Assembly: GCA_001643675.2 (NCBI GenBank)
Contig: LSRY02000013.1
Span: 682,001-746,000, forward strand
Source: Monocercomonoides exilis PA203
Lineage: Eukaryota; Protista; Preaxostyla
Direction: 5' to 3'
Length of the DNA stretch: 64,000 nucleotides
How positions within the stretch are numbered: the stretch's first letter is position 1; each line of letters begins with the position of its first letter. Made by a program: the position numbers and the translations under genes. The notes under the pieces were generated by a model, which saw only the letters and a list, made by a program, of their open reading frames with translations, was not told the origin of the DNA and did no database searches. This document shows, in pieces, positions 21,281-34,603 of this stretch.

Positions 21281-23633
21281 AATATCTGTAATCCACAAGG
21301 AAAATAAAGTTATTCCATGTTATTTTTGTTATTACACGTATCTTTATTTATATCACAAATCTGATTCGTGCAAAGAGATATGGGACGAAATATTTTGCTT
21401 TATGAATTTAGTCCCATTTTCCTCTAACAAATATTATTCTCAAATTTTGGATTTTTCTGTTAATATTTGCATAGTTTAGTTTGATTCATAATGAAATGAA
21501 TGAATGAAAAGGTTAGAACAAATTTCAATTTATTTCATAATTGCAAAAATATTATCCCATATTTTTTATTTGAACCATAAAAAATGTTCTGATAACTGTA
21601 AAATCCAAATAAAACCTTATTGTTAATACAGCATCGAAAAAGAAAAGTGCAGAACTACTCCATTCTTTTTTGCGATGAAGATGCAGAAACAAAAGAATTG
21701 AAAGCGAGGGCTTCTTTAACTGAAGGAGCATTGTCAAATCCTCATTCAATCAGTGCAGTTCAACAGCCAGATCAAACAAAAAATTCTGAAGAAAGGCAAC
21801 ACATAAAAGAAGAGTCCGCCAGCAGTCCCCTTTTGAACAGTCAGAACAAAACTGCTGTCAACAGCGAAGCAGATGTTAATTCCTTTGATAAAACACCACA
21901 AACACTGTGCTCAACAATAGAGAAGATGTCTTTGAGTTCTCCATCATATTTTTGCCAACGTTATCTTCAGTAGTCAATGTGTCATATTTGCCTTTCCAAG
22001 TGAAGCCAATGATATTTCATTGATTTCGACAATTTTCCAAATCCACATTCCATTCCATTCCGATTTGCATTCTTCTTTGAATATGTTTCCATTTCCATTG
22101 TAACTTTATCAGATTTTTCGAAAATGCATTGGTTGCTTTTTAACATTGAAAAGCAATATTTTGAACATCACTTGTACATCAACCACGTGACATTCATCAC
22201 AAGGTATAAATCATTGATTCGTAAATTCTGTTCAATTGGTTTTCTCATTCTCCATCATCTTTTTACATATTTTAGCACGAGATATTTTGAAGATACACCA
22301 ATTTTATTTTTTTGAAATACACACAATTTTATCAGAAAAGCGCTGGCTTTGGCGAGAATTTGCATTGATGGGAATTGCTTGGGAAGAAAAGATAACATAA
22401 TTGGAGCACAAGGAAGAGAGCGAAGAAAAAGAAGAAAAAGAAGAAAATTGAAAAGAAAGTGAAAGGATGAGGTTGATGAGAAGAAGAAGAAAGAGATGGA
22501 AGCAGGGCCAATACAGAACGGAAAGCGAAGAACAAGAAATTGGAAAGGAAGAAGAGTTGAATGGGGTTATTAGTGTTTTGTAAAGAGAATATTTAGCTGG
22601 CAAAGAAGGACAAATTGTGTTTGTGTTTGTTTGCAGATTAATATTGATTTTTTTGAATGATGAAAAATTGAAGAAATGTGAAATATGAGAAACGATAGAA
22701 TCAATTTTAATTTTTCATTTATTTTGGAAAATGTATTTTTGAGAAATAATTACAACACATTTTATTCTTTTATTTGGTTTTTTTTAAATCTTTTTGAATT
22801 TCTTCTTTCCTTTTTTTAAAAAGAATATGAGAAGAGAAGGTTCCATTGCATATTCTCTCAATTGGAACAAAGGATTTCTTGAAAGGCATCTTTTCTCAGA
22901 AAAAAAAGCAGATGAGTATTTTTGAATAACAAACATTGGTTGTTTGCACTGATTGGATAAATATGCAAAATTGAGAAGGAGCAAGAATGCGGGTGACAAA
23001 TAAAGTAGAAGAGGTTGTTTGGATGTTTGGAGCAAAGAAGAAGGCGAAGAGGAATGAAAAAGAGAGGAAATGAAGAGAAGAAGAGGGAAGAGAAGAAGAG
23101 GAACTTTTCAATGAAATGATGTAAAAGTTGGAGGAAAGTTGTGAAGAGAGAGCAGTTGATCAGCAGACAAGTGGAAGAAAGAGAATGTGGATGAAGAAGA
23201 ACCCATCATTTAAGAGCAATTGGAAAGGATTTATTTTATAATTCGAAACAACACATTCAAATGGTGATTTTGAGATCATTTTTTTGGATGAGAGATTTTC
23301 ACCTTTTTGTGCTTTTATTCGACAGCAATTTATTTTAAGAAAAGGTTTTTTTTTTTCATCTTTCATTCAATTTTAACTTTTCATTTTATTTTATTTTTTG
23401 AAGTGAAAGAATTTCATGTGCATCAGCAAATACCGATTCATGCCTGACAAAAACCAATGAAGCTGCATGCTTTGGATATGCACCATATGTATTTCAAAAG
23501 CCCACAAAATGATTGTAACAAGAAGAATTTTTTCAATTTTCCATTGTGATAAAAACCATTATTTATTTCTATTTGATCATTCAGAAAAAAATAAAAATTT
23601 TCAACTCAAAATTGACTTTCATTCCTCTTGAGA

Positions 23634-26600
23634 ATGCTTTTGTTCCTTTTTGCATGTTTGATTCTTGGAAATACATTTGAAGCACAAGATGTCTCTGGAA
23701 TTGCCATATTTCAAAACAAAGGTATTCTTTCGAATTGTTATTTTTTCAATTATTCTCTTTATTTGGGTTCAGGTTATTCAAATGATGCACAATATCTGTC
23801 AGAGACCGATAGCAATTATATATTTGAGCAGAATGCATTATTAGAAGTGAAAAGATTACAGTCAGGACTTTCTACAGTGAAAAACACTATTTTGGGATTC
23901 CGCAATTCTACAGTTGGACTGAAAAATGTGGCAATTGAGCATTCTTCTTCAACATGTGTGCTGATAACAGACAAGTCGAATTTGATGTTGGATTCCTGCA
24001 TCTCTCACCAAAAATTGGAATCTCCGTTTTTTTTGCAAAGTGGGGCAATCTGCCTTTCAAACATGAGCGTAATACACCAAAAGAATGTTTATTCACCCGG
24101 CCTCATATTTTCATCTGATGATTCAAGTGTTGCCATTTTGAGGAATTCCATCATCACAGATCTGGCTGTATCCTCTTCAGGCTATTTCCTGTTGTCTGGA
24201 AAGAGCCAAAGTGAACAGATTGATAATTGTGCCTTCAGGAACATGTCAGTGAAATTAGACAATGGCAATGATTGGAACGTGGAACATTCATGCTTGTTGA
24301 GTTCAATGGATAACTGCTTCATTTATTTGTGTGTGAATGCCTTTGAAGGAGGGATCTCAAGTGGATCCTTTTCTTCAGAGAAATTTATCTGCAAAAACGC
24401 AACAATAAGCGACGGGAAAAGAGAAATGAATGCTCTTGAGAAAAAAGGACAAATGAACTTAACAAATAGCCAATCCTTTTCATTGTGTGAATGGGTTGAC
24501 TGCACCGCACCACAAGGAGGTGCTCTTTATGTTCATGACAATGAAAATGCAACTCTCAGAGTTGAGAATTCTTCCTTTTTGAGATGCAATGCTTCCTCGG
24601 CAAGAGGAGGAGGAATGTATACATTGAAAATCGCTGAATGCATTGTGCTCCATTCCACATTTGTTCAATGTTCTGCTGAAACAAGCAGTGGCTACGGAGG
24701 CGGAGGAATTTCATCAGAATATGTTGATGCACAGACAATGGTTGATGATTGCTCCTTTTATAACTGTTCTTCTAAAGTTGATGCAGGAGCAATGTTTCTT
24801 CGAACGACAAAAACAGACAAACAGAAAGAATGCATTATTAATTCATATTTTGATAACTGCCGATGCAATAGATCAACTGGAAATGTAGGTGGAGCAATAG
24901 AACATTGGGAATGCACTGATCAAGTAATTATTTCAAATTGTTTTTTTTGTCATTGCTATTCAATGCAGGGAGCAGGAGCTGTTGGTATATTAATTAATAG
25001 TTACAATCACGGAATATTGTTTTATTACTGCTTTTTCCATAATAATACATGCGTTGCAGGGGGTCATGATATTGTTCTTTATAATTCAACATCAAACAAC
25101 ATTGATCCCACATGCTATTCAACAAGGAATACATCAAACAGAGTCAGCACAGATTATTCTAAAACTGTTGATAAAAGCGAATGGCTTAGAAACGATTTTG
25201 GAATAATGAGATATGTCTCCTCAGTGCAAACAGAACCTTGTACAACTGATGCATATGCATGTGGGCTGAACGAAAGCTATCCTTGTGGAACTATCAGGCA
25301 TTGCTTGACTCAGCTTATTCCTGATATTGTCACAGATATTGAGATACTCACAGGAACGATCACAGAAACCAAGAATGTGGATTGCGGAATTAACACTTTC
25401 ACAATATATGGCCAAAGTGATTTGAGTTCAACAGTTCAAATAGAATTTGAAGCATCTGGTTTGTCTCTTTTTTCTGTATCAGCGGGAACATTGACCGTAA
25501 ATAACCTTGCCCTTGTGCATGACTCAGCACATGCAAATAATCGAGCTTCGAGGCTATTTGAGATCACTGGAACAGGAGAGATGCATATAAGTGGGCTGAA
25601 CATATCTGTTGGGAGCGGACAATCATCAGAAACAGCGTTCACCACTGAGCTTATTAATGTTCAGAGTGGGATGTTTCAGATGGAAAATGTGAACTGGGCA
25701 AAGACCATCTCCACTTTTTCGTTGTTTTCGCTTTCTTCGACAAACGAAATTTCATTGACACTTTCAGAATGTGCCTTCAGTGGAATTGAAAGAACAACCA
25801 GCGGAGCAGCTGTGATGTCGTTTTCTAATGATAAGGCAAATATCGATCTGGATTCTTGTTCATTTTTGGAATGTGGAAGCAGAACTTCAGCTGATGGAGG
25901 ATCGATGATGCTATGTGCCGGAGAAGTGAATGAAGTGAAAGTGAAAGGCGGGACCTTTAATGAGTGCTATTGCTCAGCAACAGATGGCCTTGGGGGAGGA
26001 ATCCTTCTTCGATTGATGAAGGAAAATCCAAATTTCCTGATTTCTTCTTCCTTTGGCACAAACACAGCCAAATGGGGGAATGATATCTTCGTCTTATCAC
26101 CAAATCTGGAAATGACTGCAAAATCAAAAAAGATCTCGTGCGTTACAGATTCATTGGATTCTGTTGACAAAGTGCAGGGATATGACAATGGAAATACGAC
26201 TATGGAAATCCCTCTGTGCATCTATCTCCTTCCAATTCCAGAAGAAATACATGTGAGCAGCACCGAGGCATCTGACCATTCCCATTGTGGAATTGTCCAA
26301 TTCCCTTGTTTGACAATGAAGCACTCCCTCACAAGGCTTACAGGTGAAAAGAAAGTTGCTGTGAATGGAATAATTTTGATAAGCGATGAATTGGCCTTCT
26401 CTGATCAAAAGCATGAAATCCGAGGAAATGATGATCAAAGTGGTTGGACGGTGTCTGATGCAAGTTCAATTTCCAATTCAGCGATGATAACAGCAAGTAC
26501 TGAAACAGAATTATCAACACTTATCTTTTCTCTTCCTCCTACTCTTTCATCACACTCCATTTTTATTTCTTCTTCTTCGCAACTGACTTTGTCTCGTTGT

Positions 26601-29600
26601 TCTTTAACTCTTCAAGATTCTTCATCAGAATTGGTATCCTTATTCTTATCCATTGCCTCAGGAATCCTGACAATTGATTCGTTTTCTGCTTCGTCTATCA
26701 CCGTGAGTGAAAATCCATTGATCTCATTGCCTGGAAGTGACTCAAAGGCTGAGTTAACGAGCAATCAGTGGTTGAACATGACGAACTGCACTTTTTCTGA
26801 AATCGAAAGAGCAGCTGGAAGTGGAAGCTGTGTTAGCGTTGACAACAGCGATGATGAAAATACGAACACACAAATAAATATTGAAGAATGCATTTTTGAT
26901 GAATGCTCTGTGCTGAATGATGGAAGCAGAGGAGGGGCAATCAATGCTCAGCTGAAAGGGAATACTCAATTGAACATTATTTCATGCACATTCACAGGAT
27001 GCACAGCACCAACTGGAGAAGAAGGGAAGACTGGCTTTGGGGGAGGAATGGCACTGAAGTTGATTGATGATGGTTCTTCGTTTGTGATCTTATCACCTGT
27101 TTTTGAGGCAGACAAGCCAAATGTTGCAAAATATGGAAATGATCTCTTTGTTGAAGCATTCAACTTGACAAAGAGCATCACAAACACCTCACTTCCATTT
27201 GTATCTGGGCATCTTGCTGATGTTTCATTGAATTCCATGAGAGGCTTTGATGGGAGTGATACAATGAATGCCATTCCATTGATGTATTTCTGGCTTGCAA
27301 TCAGCTCAGAGATATTCATTGGATCTGAAGGAAGAGATACGCGTGCCTGTGGGTTCTCAGATTATCCCTGTCTTTCAATTGATTATTCTTTGGATCGATT
27401 GCCAGGAGGAAGTGAAAAGAATATAACCATCATTGGAAAAGGAATTCTTCAGAAAAGTGTTGAACTCTGTGGAATCTCAATAAAATCGGATGTTACAAAT
27501 AAATGCTCTTTGGAATGTCACTCATCGCTTGAAGGAGCAGAAGGAGCAGCAATGAAGATATCTGGAATAACCAATTTCGAACTGATAAAGTTTGTTATTC
27601 CATCTTCATTCACAAGTGGAGTCAATTATTTGATGCATGTTGACTCAAGCGATGGGTCGTTGACTGTGAAAGACTGTTCGTTCACAAAAAATGAAGAAAG
27701 CGGAGAAGAAATAATCAACTATGGGTTGATCAAGGCAGATGGAGGCACAGTCCAATTGGAATTGGTGTCAATTCAATCGCTATCTTTTTCACATGATGTT
27801 ATTTCTGTGTTGTCAGCAACAATATTGAACATCAAAAATCTGACGACGAAGAATATTGAGCTGGATGGGGCAAGTGGATTGAGGATTTCAAAGAGTTCAG
27901 GGAGAGAGAAAAATGAAGCTGAACAAGATGTTGTTATTGAGTGGAGCATATTCGAAGAAGTCACTCAAAACACAACTGATGATATTCCCATCATTCGGAA
28001 TTACAATGATGAGCCTTTGAAAGTTGCGATTCGAAACACAACGATGAAGAAGTGTGGCGGAACGAGGTGTGGAAAGGGAGGAGGGATGTTTTGTGTGTTG
28101 AATGAGGGAGGAAGCTTCGACTGCTCATTTTGCACGATTTCTGAGTGCTTCTGCTCCACCATTGGAAGAGGCGGCTGGCTGTTTCTGGAGTGTTCCTCGA
28201 CAGTTGAGCAGCCTCTGAATTTTGTCCTTTCGAATATCACATTCAGAGATAACTCTGCATTGAGAGGGAGAGATGCGTATGTGAGATGCCACTCAATCGA
28301 TTCACAAATAATTGACGAACAATTCTTGCTGGATTTCAGAGCACCGTTTGTGAAAGAGCTGGCGATATGGGGATGCACAACAGATTCGTTTGTTGGGGAA
28401 GAAGATCTTTTGCTGAGGGTTGTGAAATACCAGAGCGAGACGATATTTGTGTCTTCTGTTTCTGAAAATCATACAGACAGCAAGCAATGCGGAGAGTTCA
28501 ACATGCCTTGCCAATCATTGGATACGGGAGTTCAACATATCATTCCTTCATCATATTCTCAACTGCTAATCTCAAAAGAAACAGTTGTTGTTGGGGAATG
28601 CGAAGCGAAGGATGTGATCATCCGCTCACTTCAATCTCCCACAGCTGCTTTGGTTCATCTGAACTCAACAATAACCAACGATGGCAGTATTGTCACAACT
28701 TCAGAGAATGTTCGGATTGAGAAATTGAAATTCAACTTTGGGAAGTCATTTTGTTATTCTGGAAGTTCTATCATTCATGAAGGAAGTGGCGAACTATCTC
28801 TTTCAATTGTTGATTTTTCTTCAATTGGAGAGATAAATAGCATTGAAACTGTTGTTCTGAATTCAACCTTGTTAAGCGTCGAAAGTGGAATTTTTCACAT
28901 TGACAACTGCTCAATTTCAATGCTTTCATTCCAGAAGCCTTCATTTCTGTTAAAAGGAGATGAGACAAATATTACAAATGTGAAACTGGAACAAATTGAA
29001 TCAACAACAGATGTGTTTGAGATTGGGCAGTGCAAAGAAGTTGCATTTAATTGGGTTGTGGCTGATGAAGTGGAGCTGTCTGAGGGCTGCATCATTGCGA
29101 TTCATGGTTCGAATTCAGGAACAATTTCGATTGGAATTTCCTCATTCAACAACTGCTCAAGGAATTCGGAAGGATCTTCTGTTCTCTCTGTTTCTTCAGC
29201 TTCAGCACAAATAACATTTTCAAACTGCTCTTGCACGAATTGTATTTCATTGTCTGAAAAAGGAAGTGTTGTGGAGGTGAGCAATTCAACGAATGTTTTG
29301 ATGGATTCATGTCGATTTGTTGGAGTTTTTGAGAAAGAAATTGATAATGACAGAATTAATTCTTTTGAAGAAATCTGCGAATGGAGTGGATCACTTGTTC
29401 ATTCAGCGAATTCTTTATTGATGATGAAGGATGTGACAATATCGAATTCTTCATCAGGTGGATTTTCAGTTTCCGCTGGCAGTGTGACGATTGAGAAAGG
29501 AGAGTTTATGAACAACAATCCATTCATTGGAAAATATCCATCGGTGAGAAGAAACATTATTTGCTCAGATTCTGCTTCACTGACTATTTCCAGTTTGAAA

Positions 29601-31360
29601 GGAGGAGATGGATTGAAAGATAATTCTTCTCTTTGGATTTTGAATGATGGATGCACCCTTGGTGGAATATCAGGAGAAAGATCATCTCCTTTCTTCATTC
29701 CAAAGCACGAAGAGGCATCTCTCATTGAAAATGGAAACAATGTTTCAATGAAATTCAAAGGAGCACTTCTTCTTCCTTGTGATTTGTCATTCAGACTGGT
29801 GTATAAAACAGGGGATGTGGAGTTGGTTGAGACATATCCTTTTGAGGAAGACAGTTTTATATCAGAAACGGAAGTGATTGGAAGAATCCCATCAGAAAAT
29901 ATTTCAACGATTGCAGATGAAACAGAGGTGTCAGTGATGATTCTGTTTGGAAAACAATTGGCTGCTACTTCTTCACAGATTCTGAAGAACAGAAGTGAGT
30001 CCAAGGAGGATGGAGATAAAAGAATTGTTGAAGGAGGAAAAGAAAGAAAATCTTATTGGTTGCTAATTGTGATCATTATGGCTATTGTTCTATTGATTGT
30101 TCTGATTGTTTCTGTTATTCTTGCAGTCAGATGGAGAAAGGCAAAGAATGAAGCAGAAGATCTGAGAGAGATTGTGAATGATAACATCAGAAAGGATCCG
30201 AAGGCATTCGAGATGGTAACAATGGAGATGTCGCCAGAAGAGCAGTGGAGGAGAGCTGAGAGGGAGGCTGAGAAGAAGAATGAGGAGAGGATGAAGAAAA
30301 GAGTATATGCGAAAAGCCTTCAGCATTCAGAGTCATCTGAGCATTTGCTGGCTGAGAGTGGATCGACTGAATACATCCTGGGAAAAGATTCAGACAAGAT
30401 CCCTGAATGGATGCTGGAGAAGGTTGATGATGAGGAAGAGAAAAGAAAGAGATCTCCTTCACCATCCATTTCATCCACTTCATCCACAGACACATCAGAC
30501 ACAGAGTCCACTTTTGTTCGGAGGGAAGATCTGTGCCCAACCACATCATCGATGTCGAATCTGGTGGATGCAATCGCATGCTCATCACCTCACGAGAAGC
30601 TGATTGTGGACTTGAGGGATTCACTGTTCATGTTGCTTCATGGAAGGAACGAGAAGAAAGAGATGGCGATTGGGAGTGTGAAAGAAAGGGAGATGACAGC
30701 TGCCCAAATCTTGTTCTGGGTAGCTAATCTAGCACTCCACTCCTTTGATGAGATGGAAAACAAGCTTCAGTCACTTGCCAATCTGAGTCCACATATTGTG
30801 CTGTTCTCCGAACACATGGTCATCTGCATTGTCATGCATTCAGACCTTTTATCAGATAACTCTGATTCATCATCGATCTCATCATCAACTGTTATCACGT
30901 CTGCAAGTGATGATGATGATGATGAAAGTGACTCCCTTCCCTCATCCGCCTTTGAGGATGAAGATAGCTTCAAAAAAGAGTGTTTGAGGTGGAAGGCACC
31001 AGAGCTGCTGATCAACAAGAACATGGGGGCAACAAAGAAGTCGGTGGTGTTCTCGATCGGGATGATGCTGTGGGAGTGCCTGACGCTCCAGATCCCGTTC
31101 GGGGAGCATGAGGCTGTGATTGCTGGAGACAAGATTGCAAAGGAGAGGCTTTGAGCATGTGCGGAAATACTGCAAGCACATTCTCTTTGGTCGTCAGCGA
31201 ATGCCTCTCCTTTCAGCCTTCCAACCGGCCTTCGCTCGTCTCCATTTCGAGAGAGTTCTTTCAGAAGTTCCCCGAGTCGGCCAAGCTCCCCACAATGACT
31301 GACGCACTCTTCACAAACCAGCAATCTGCCATCAGCAGAAACAGCTGCTGCAGCTATTAG
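23634..31360 (+). CDS. Giant single-pass surface receptor-like protein A: signal peptide, beta-helix-type repeat ectodomain, TM, degenerate kinase-like tail (~2575 aa; 1-nt frameshift at 31139-31141 as assembled)
   Basis: MLLFLFACLILG signal, GGA[LI]/FxxN motifs, four CGxxxxPC modules, TM YWLLIVIIMAIVLLIVLIVSVILAV, kinase C-lobe motifs RWKAPELL and SVVFSIGMMLWECLTLQIPF. ORF 31151-31360 supplies the last 69 aa that are in frame in the mirror copy. Confidence 0.85.
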
Positions 31361-34300
31361 TGTTTGCTTTTCTCATTCCATCACAAGCATCGCCATCGTT
31401 CACACCCCTCGTATTCATCTCTTAATCTCTCTCTTTTTTCTTTTTTGCTTTTGGCGAATAATTACAAGAAAGAATGAAATAAGCGCTGCCCATGGCCTCT
31501 GAAGGCTTTCTTTTCTTTTCTTTTCTTTTCTTTTGTTTCTGTTGCCTCCAAACAGGGCTTGGCATTTGCCAGCCAGAGTCTGATGTTTGCGTTTTTCTGT
31601 GTTGTTTTTTCACTTCGCTCGAAAGTGATTTTTCACAACCACTTTCGTTTTATTGCTTGTAAATCCACTTCAAAATGGAAAGACATCGAGCCAAATGATT
31701 TCTGAAATCCTTTGATCTTCCTCTGTGAATTGCCTTCTTCTCTGAAATGAATGATCCCTGAAAAATAAATCCCAGCATCCTTGCTTTGACTCAGCCAAGA
31801 AATCAAAATCAAAAATGTAATTCCACTTTCACCTGCGCAAAAACCCAGAATGCACCTTTCTCAGCCTTGGCCAAATTTCTAGAGTCATGCCAAGATGACT
31901 TTTTTTTATTCATTCAAAACATGAAATATGTCAATATAAAAATCGTTGAGATAAAAATAACAGCAAACGATGTGAAAGGAAATGGCACTCAAGGAAATGA
32001 GAGGCTTCAAATAAGTTCCATCAAAACGAAGAGAGAAACACTCTGGAATTTATTTTTTTTATTGAGAGCTCATTGCCTCCTTCTTTCAAACGATTCAAGA
32101 CATAAGGCAAGAAGCTGAGTCATCTTGTGCATTCTTGCAGCGATTGCACCCAGCATCTTGCATTCCCATTCCATCCCAAAATAACTGCATTCCCCAATGA
32201 AAAATTCCCACCTCTATTAACATGGCACAGATTCACAGAGTATCCCCTTCCACTTTGTCATCCTTTTTGAGTTTCGTCATTGATCATCAACAAGGCACTT
32301 TCAGCCGAAGCATAAATATCTCTTCCCTTTTGAAATAGAAACGCGCTTTCGCTGCCAATGACACAAACAAAAATTAGGCACTCAAGCTTCAGCTTTCAAT
32401 TAACTTGCGATGCTCCAGGGGGAAAATGAAATAAAAAAAAATGTAATTGTGAACCAATGGAACATTTGCTGGCCATTTCTTGAACGCTCCAACTTGATCT
32501 GAACATCGCTTCTCTGCTTCCATTTGCATCATCCCTTGTTTCCAGTTTGAAGAATCTGTTATCACTACAGCTCCGCGCCCTCCAATCAACACACGTACCT
32601 GCTAGTTGGATGCATGCCCGCCAAAAAATGAGCTGTTTTTCTTTTTCCCCATATCCTTTTCCTTCCAGAATCTGTCTTTAAGGTATAGCAACGATACAAA
32701 TACCGAAGCACGCAAAATCATTTGTCGGCAAGCGCATCAGATGATCAATGTCAATTTCAGTTCTTGTTCATTCAGCCATTTTCTTTGCTTTTCGCAGGCA
32801 AACATCCCTCGCATTTTTGCTTTCCACAAAATGTGACATGGCGCCTGCACATTTTGGAGGGAAAAAAAAATTAAAAGGAAAAGTGCCAATAAAAGCAAAC
32901 TGAACTGGATCCTCTTCAGTTGGCCATTTCCCAAACGATTTTTCTGCCAATATGGCTCTTATGGAATTTCTCAACAAAAAAATTCTAAAAAAGAAAAGAG
33001 CTGGTCTTTTCAACAAAAGCATCCTTTCCATTCATAAAAATTCCAAACCTCTTTTTTTCCTAGCACCTGCAATGCATTCAATATTTTTATGTTCAGATCC
33101 TCAAGCAGAAGCAAAGGAGGGACTCTTTTTCCATTTTTGGGGAAAAAAATAAAACAACAAAAAGGCATTTCATGCTCGATATCGGACAGTTCCAAAAGAT
33201 TGCATGCCTTGAGATAAACTTTATTGCTTTATTGCGAGCAGTGTCTTTCTGTGCTGGCACCAGCCATTCCCTCGTTTTTTGAGTCATCGAAAAGAATCTC
33301 CACAAAAATGAGGGGGAAAAAATAAAAGAACATTATCATCTGACATGAAAATAGCTTTTGCTCAGTGGCTTCTTGCAACGGTCGCTCATCGCCAAACAAC
33401 CACAGTCCGGCACACACAAATTGATAGGAAAACAAAAATCATCTTCCAAATGACACGCTCTCCCCACAAATTGCAGACTTTGCTCAACGCTTAATTTCTA
33501 TCAAATCCAGCAGCTTAGCATGTTCATCCGTTTTTGTGCCGCCTAAGAGCAAATGCACGTTTTTTTGTTCTCAATTTTTGATTTTGAAGAAATAATTATT
33601 CGTTGATCATTTCGCTTCCAAATCCTTAAAACAAAGTGTGCATATTTATTATTAAAATGCAAATATTACAGCAAATCAATTTATTATCTGTAGGCTTTGA
33701 TGCAAAATGAAAACATTCTAGAGAATGAAAAATTAATTTATTTCTAATAAAAATCATGTAAAAAGTCATTGAATTTTCAAAAGATGAATATTAAAATTTG
33801 ACTTTTGAAAAAGAATATTTTCACAATTAATTTTTATTTTTATAGAACAATTATATTGACATTCTTTCAAAGTTAATAAGTGAAAAGATTCAAAAAATGA
33901 AAAAAAAGATCAAAATATAATAAAAATATTTCTTTTTGATGAGTGAGACAGAAGAGGAAGTGAGGATGTGGCTAAACGTAATCGGTATGTATGGAGTAGG
34001 CGTCACTTCACTGATTCAAAGATACGTTGATGGACACCTACACAATTCTAGAACTGGAATCGGTATTGATTTCAAATCAAAAAATGTTTCTGCTGATGAT
34101 AAAAATGTTCAGGTGTATTTTATTGATGTTCCTTTCAATCATCTGACTTTGATTCCGAGAGTTTATTTTCGAGTGTCAGATGCTTGCGCACTTGTCTTCA
34201 GACTGTCGTCGCGTGATTCTTTTGATTGCTTGAAAGAGATGAAAAAAAAGATAGACAACTTAATGGCGAATGCTTCGAGTGATTGTCCGCTTATCGTTAT

Positions 34301-34603
34301 TGGAAATGGAAGTGATCAGAGGGAGCATCGGGCTGTCAACCGATTCGAGGTGGAAGACTGGTGCAAAAAAGAGGGATTTTGTGGGTATTATGAGGCGTCA
34401 GCAGAAACAGGAGAGAATGTGGATGAGGCATTCACAGAGATGGTACGGCTGGGTTTGGATTACCACGAATCCAAACCCGTTGAAGCAGATGAGGCTGTTG
34501 CAGAGAAGCCATCTGCCAAAAACGAGAAAACATCATTCAAATGTTTTCTGATGTGAAATAGAGGATTTCTTCAATTAATTTTTTATTTATTTAATATTAT
34601 TTA
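30138..34603 (+). repeat. Left arm (4466 bp) of 9.3-kb palindrome
   Basis: Every ORF here has a mirror in 34970-39435 (coordinate sums 69572/69573). Differences found: one substitution (30179/39394) and two homopolymer indels (31139-41, 33560-66). Confidence 0.97.
33939..34556 (+). CDS. Divergent Rab-family small GTPase (Rab7/Rab32-like), degenerate G-motifs, CaaX end; copy 1
   Basis: Ras-fold pattern with Rab motifs IGIDF, YFR, EASAETGENVDEAF. G1 GMYGVGVTS, G3 DVPF, G4 NGSD. Ends CFLM. Intronless, 205 aa. Confidence 0.85.
   Translation: MSETEEEVRMWLNVIGMYGVGVTSLIQRYVDGHLHNSRTGIGIDFKSKNVSADDKNVQVYFIDVPFNHLTLIPRVYFRVSDACALVFRLSSRDSFDCLKEMKKKIDNLMANASSDCPLIVIGNGSDQREHRAVNRFEVEDWCKKEGFCGYYEASAETGENVDEAFTEMVRLGLDYHESKPVEADEAVAEKPSAKNEKTSFKCFLM

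Noticed and set aside
21620-23366. Short ORFs and purine-rich tracts upstream of receptor A
   Set aside because: No recognisable motifs and many stops. May be decayed gene remnants but cannot be assigned.
31422-33435. Many 60-110-aa ORFs between the receptor end and the Rab, mirrored at 36137-38150
   Set aside because: No domain signal. Their duplication reflects the palindrome, not coding conservation.
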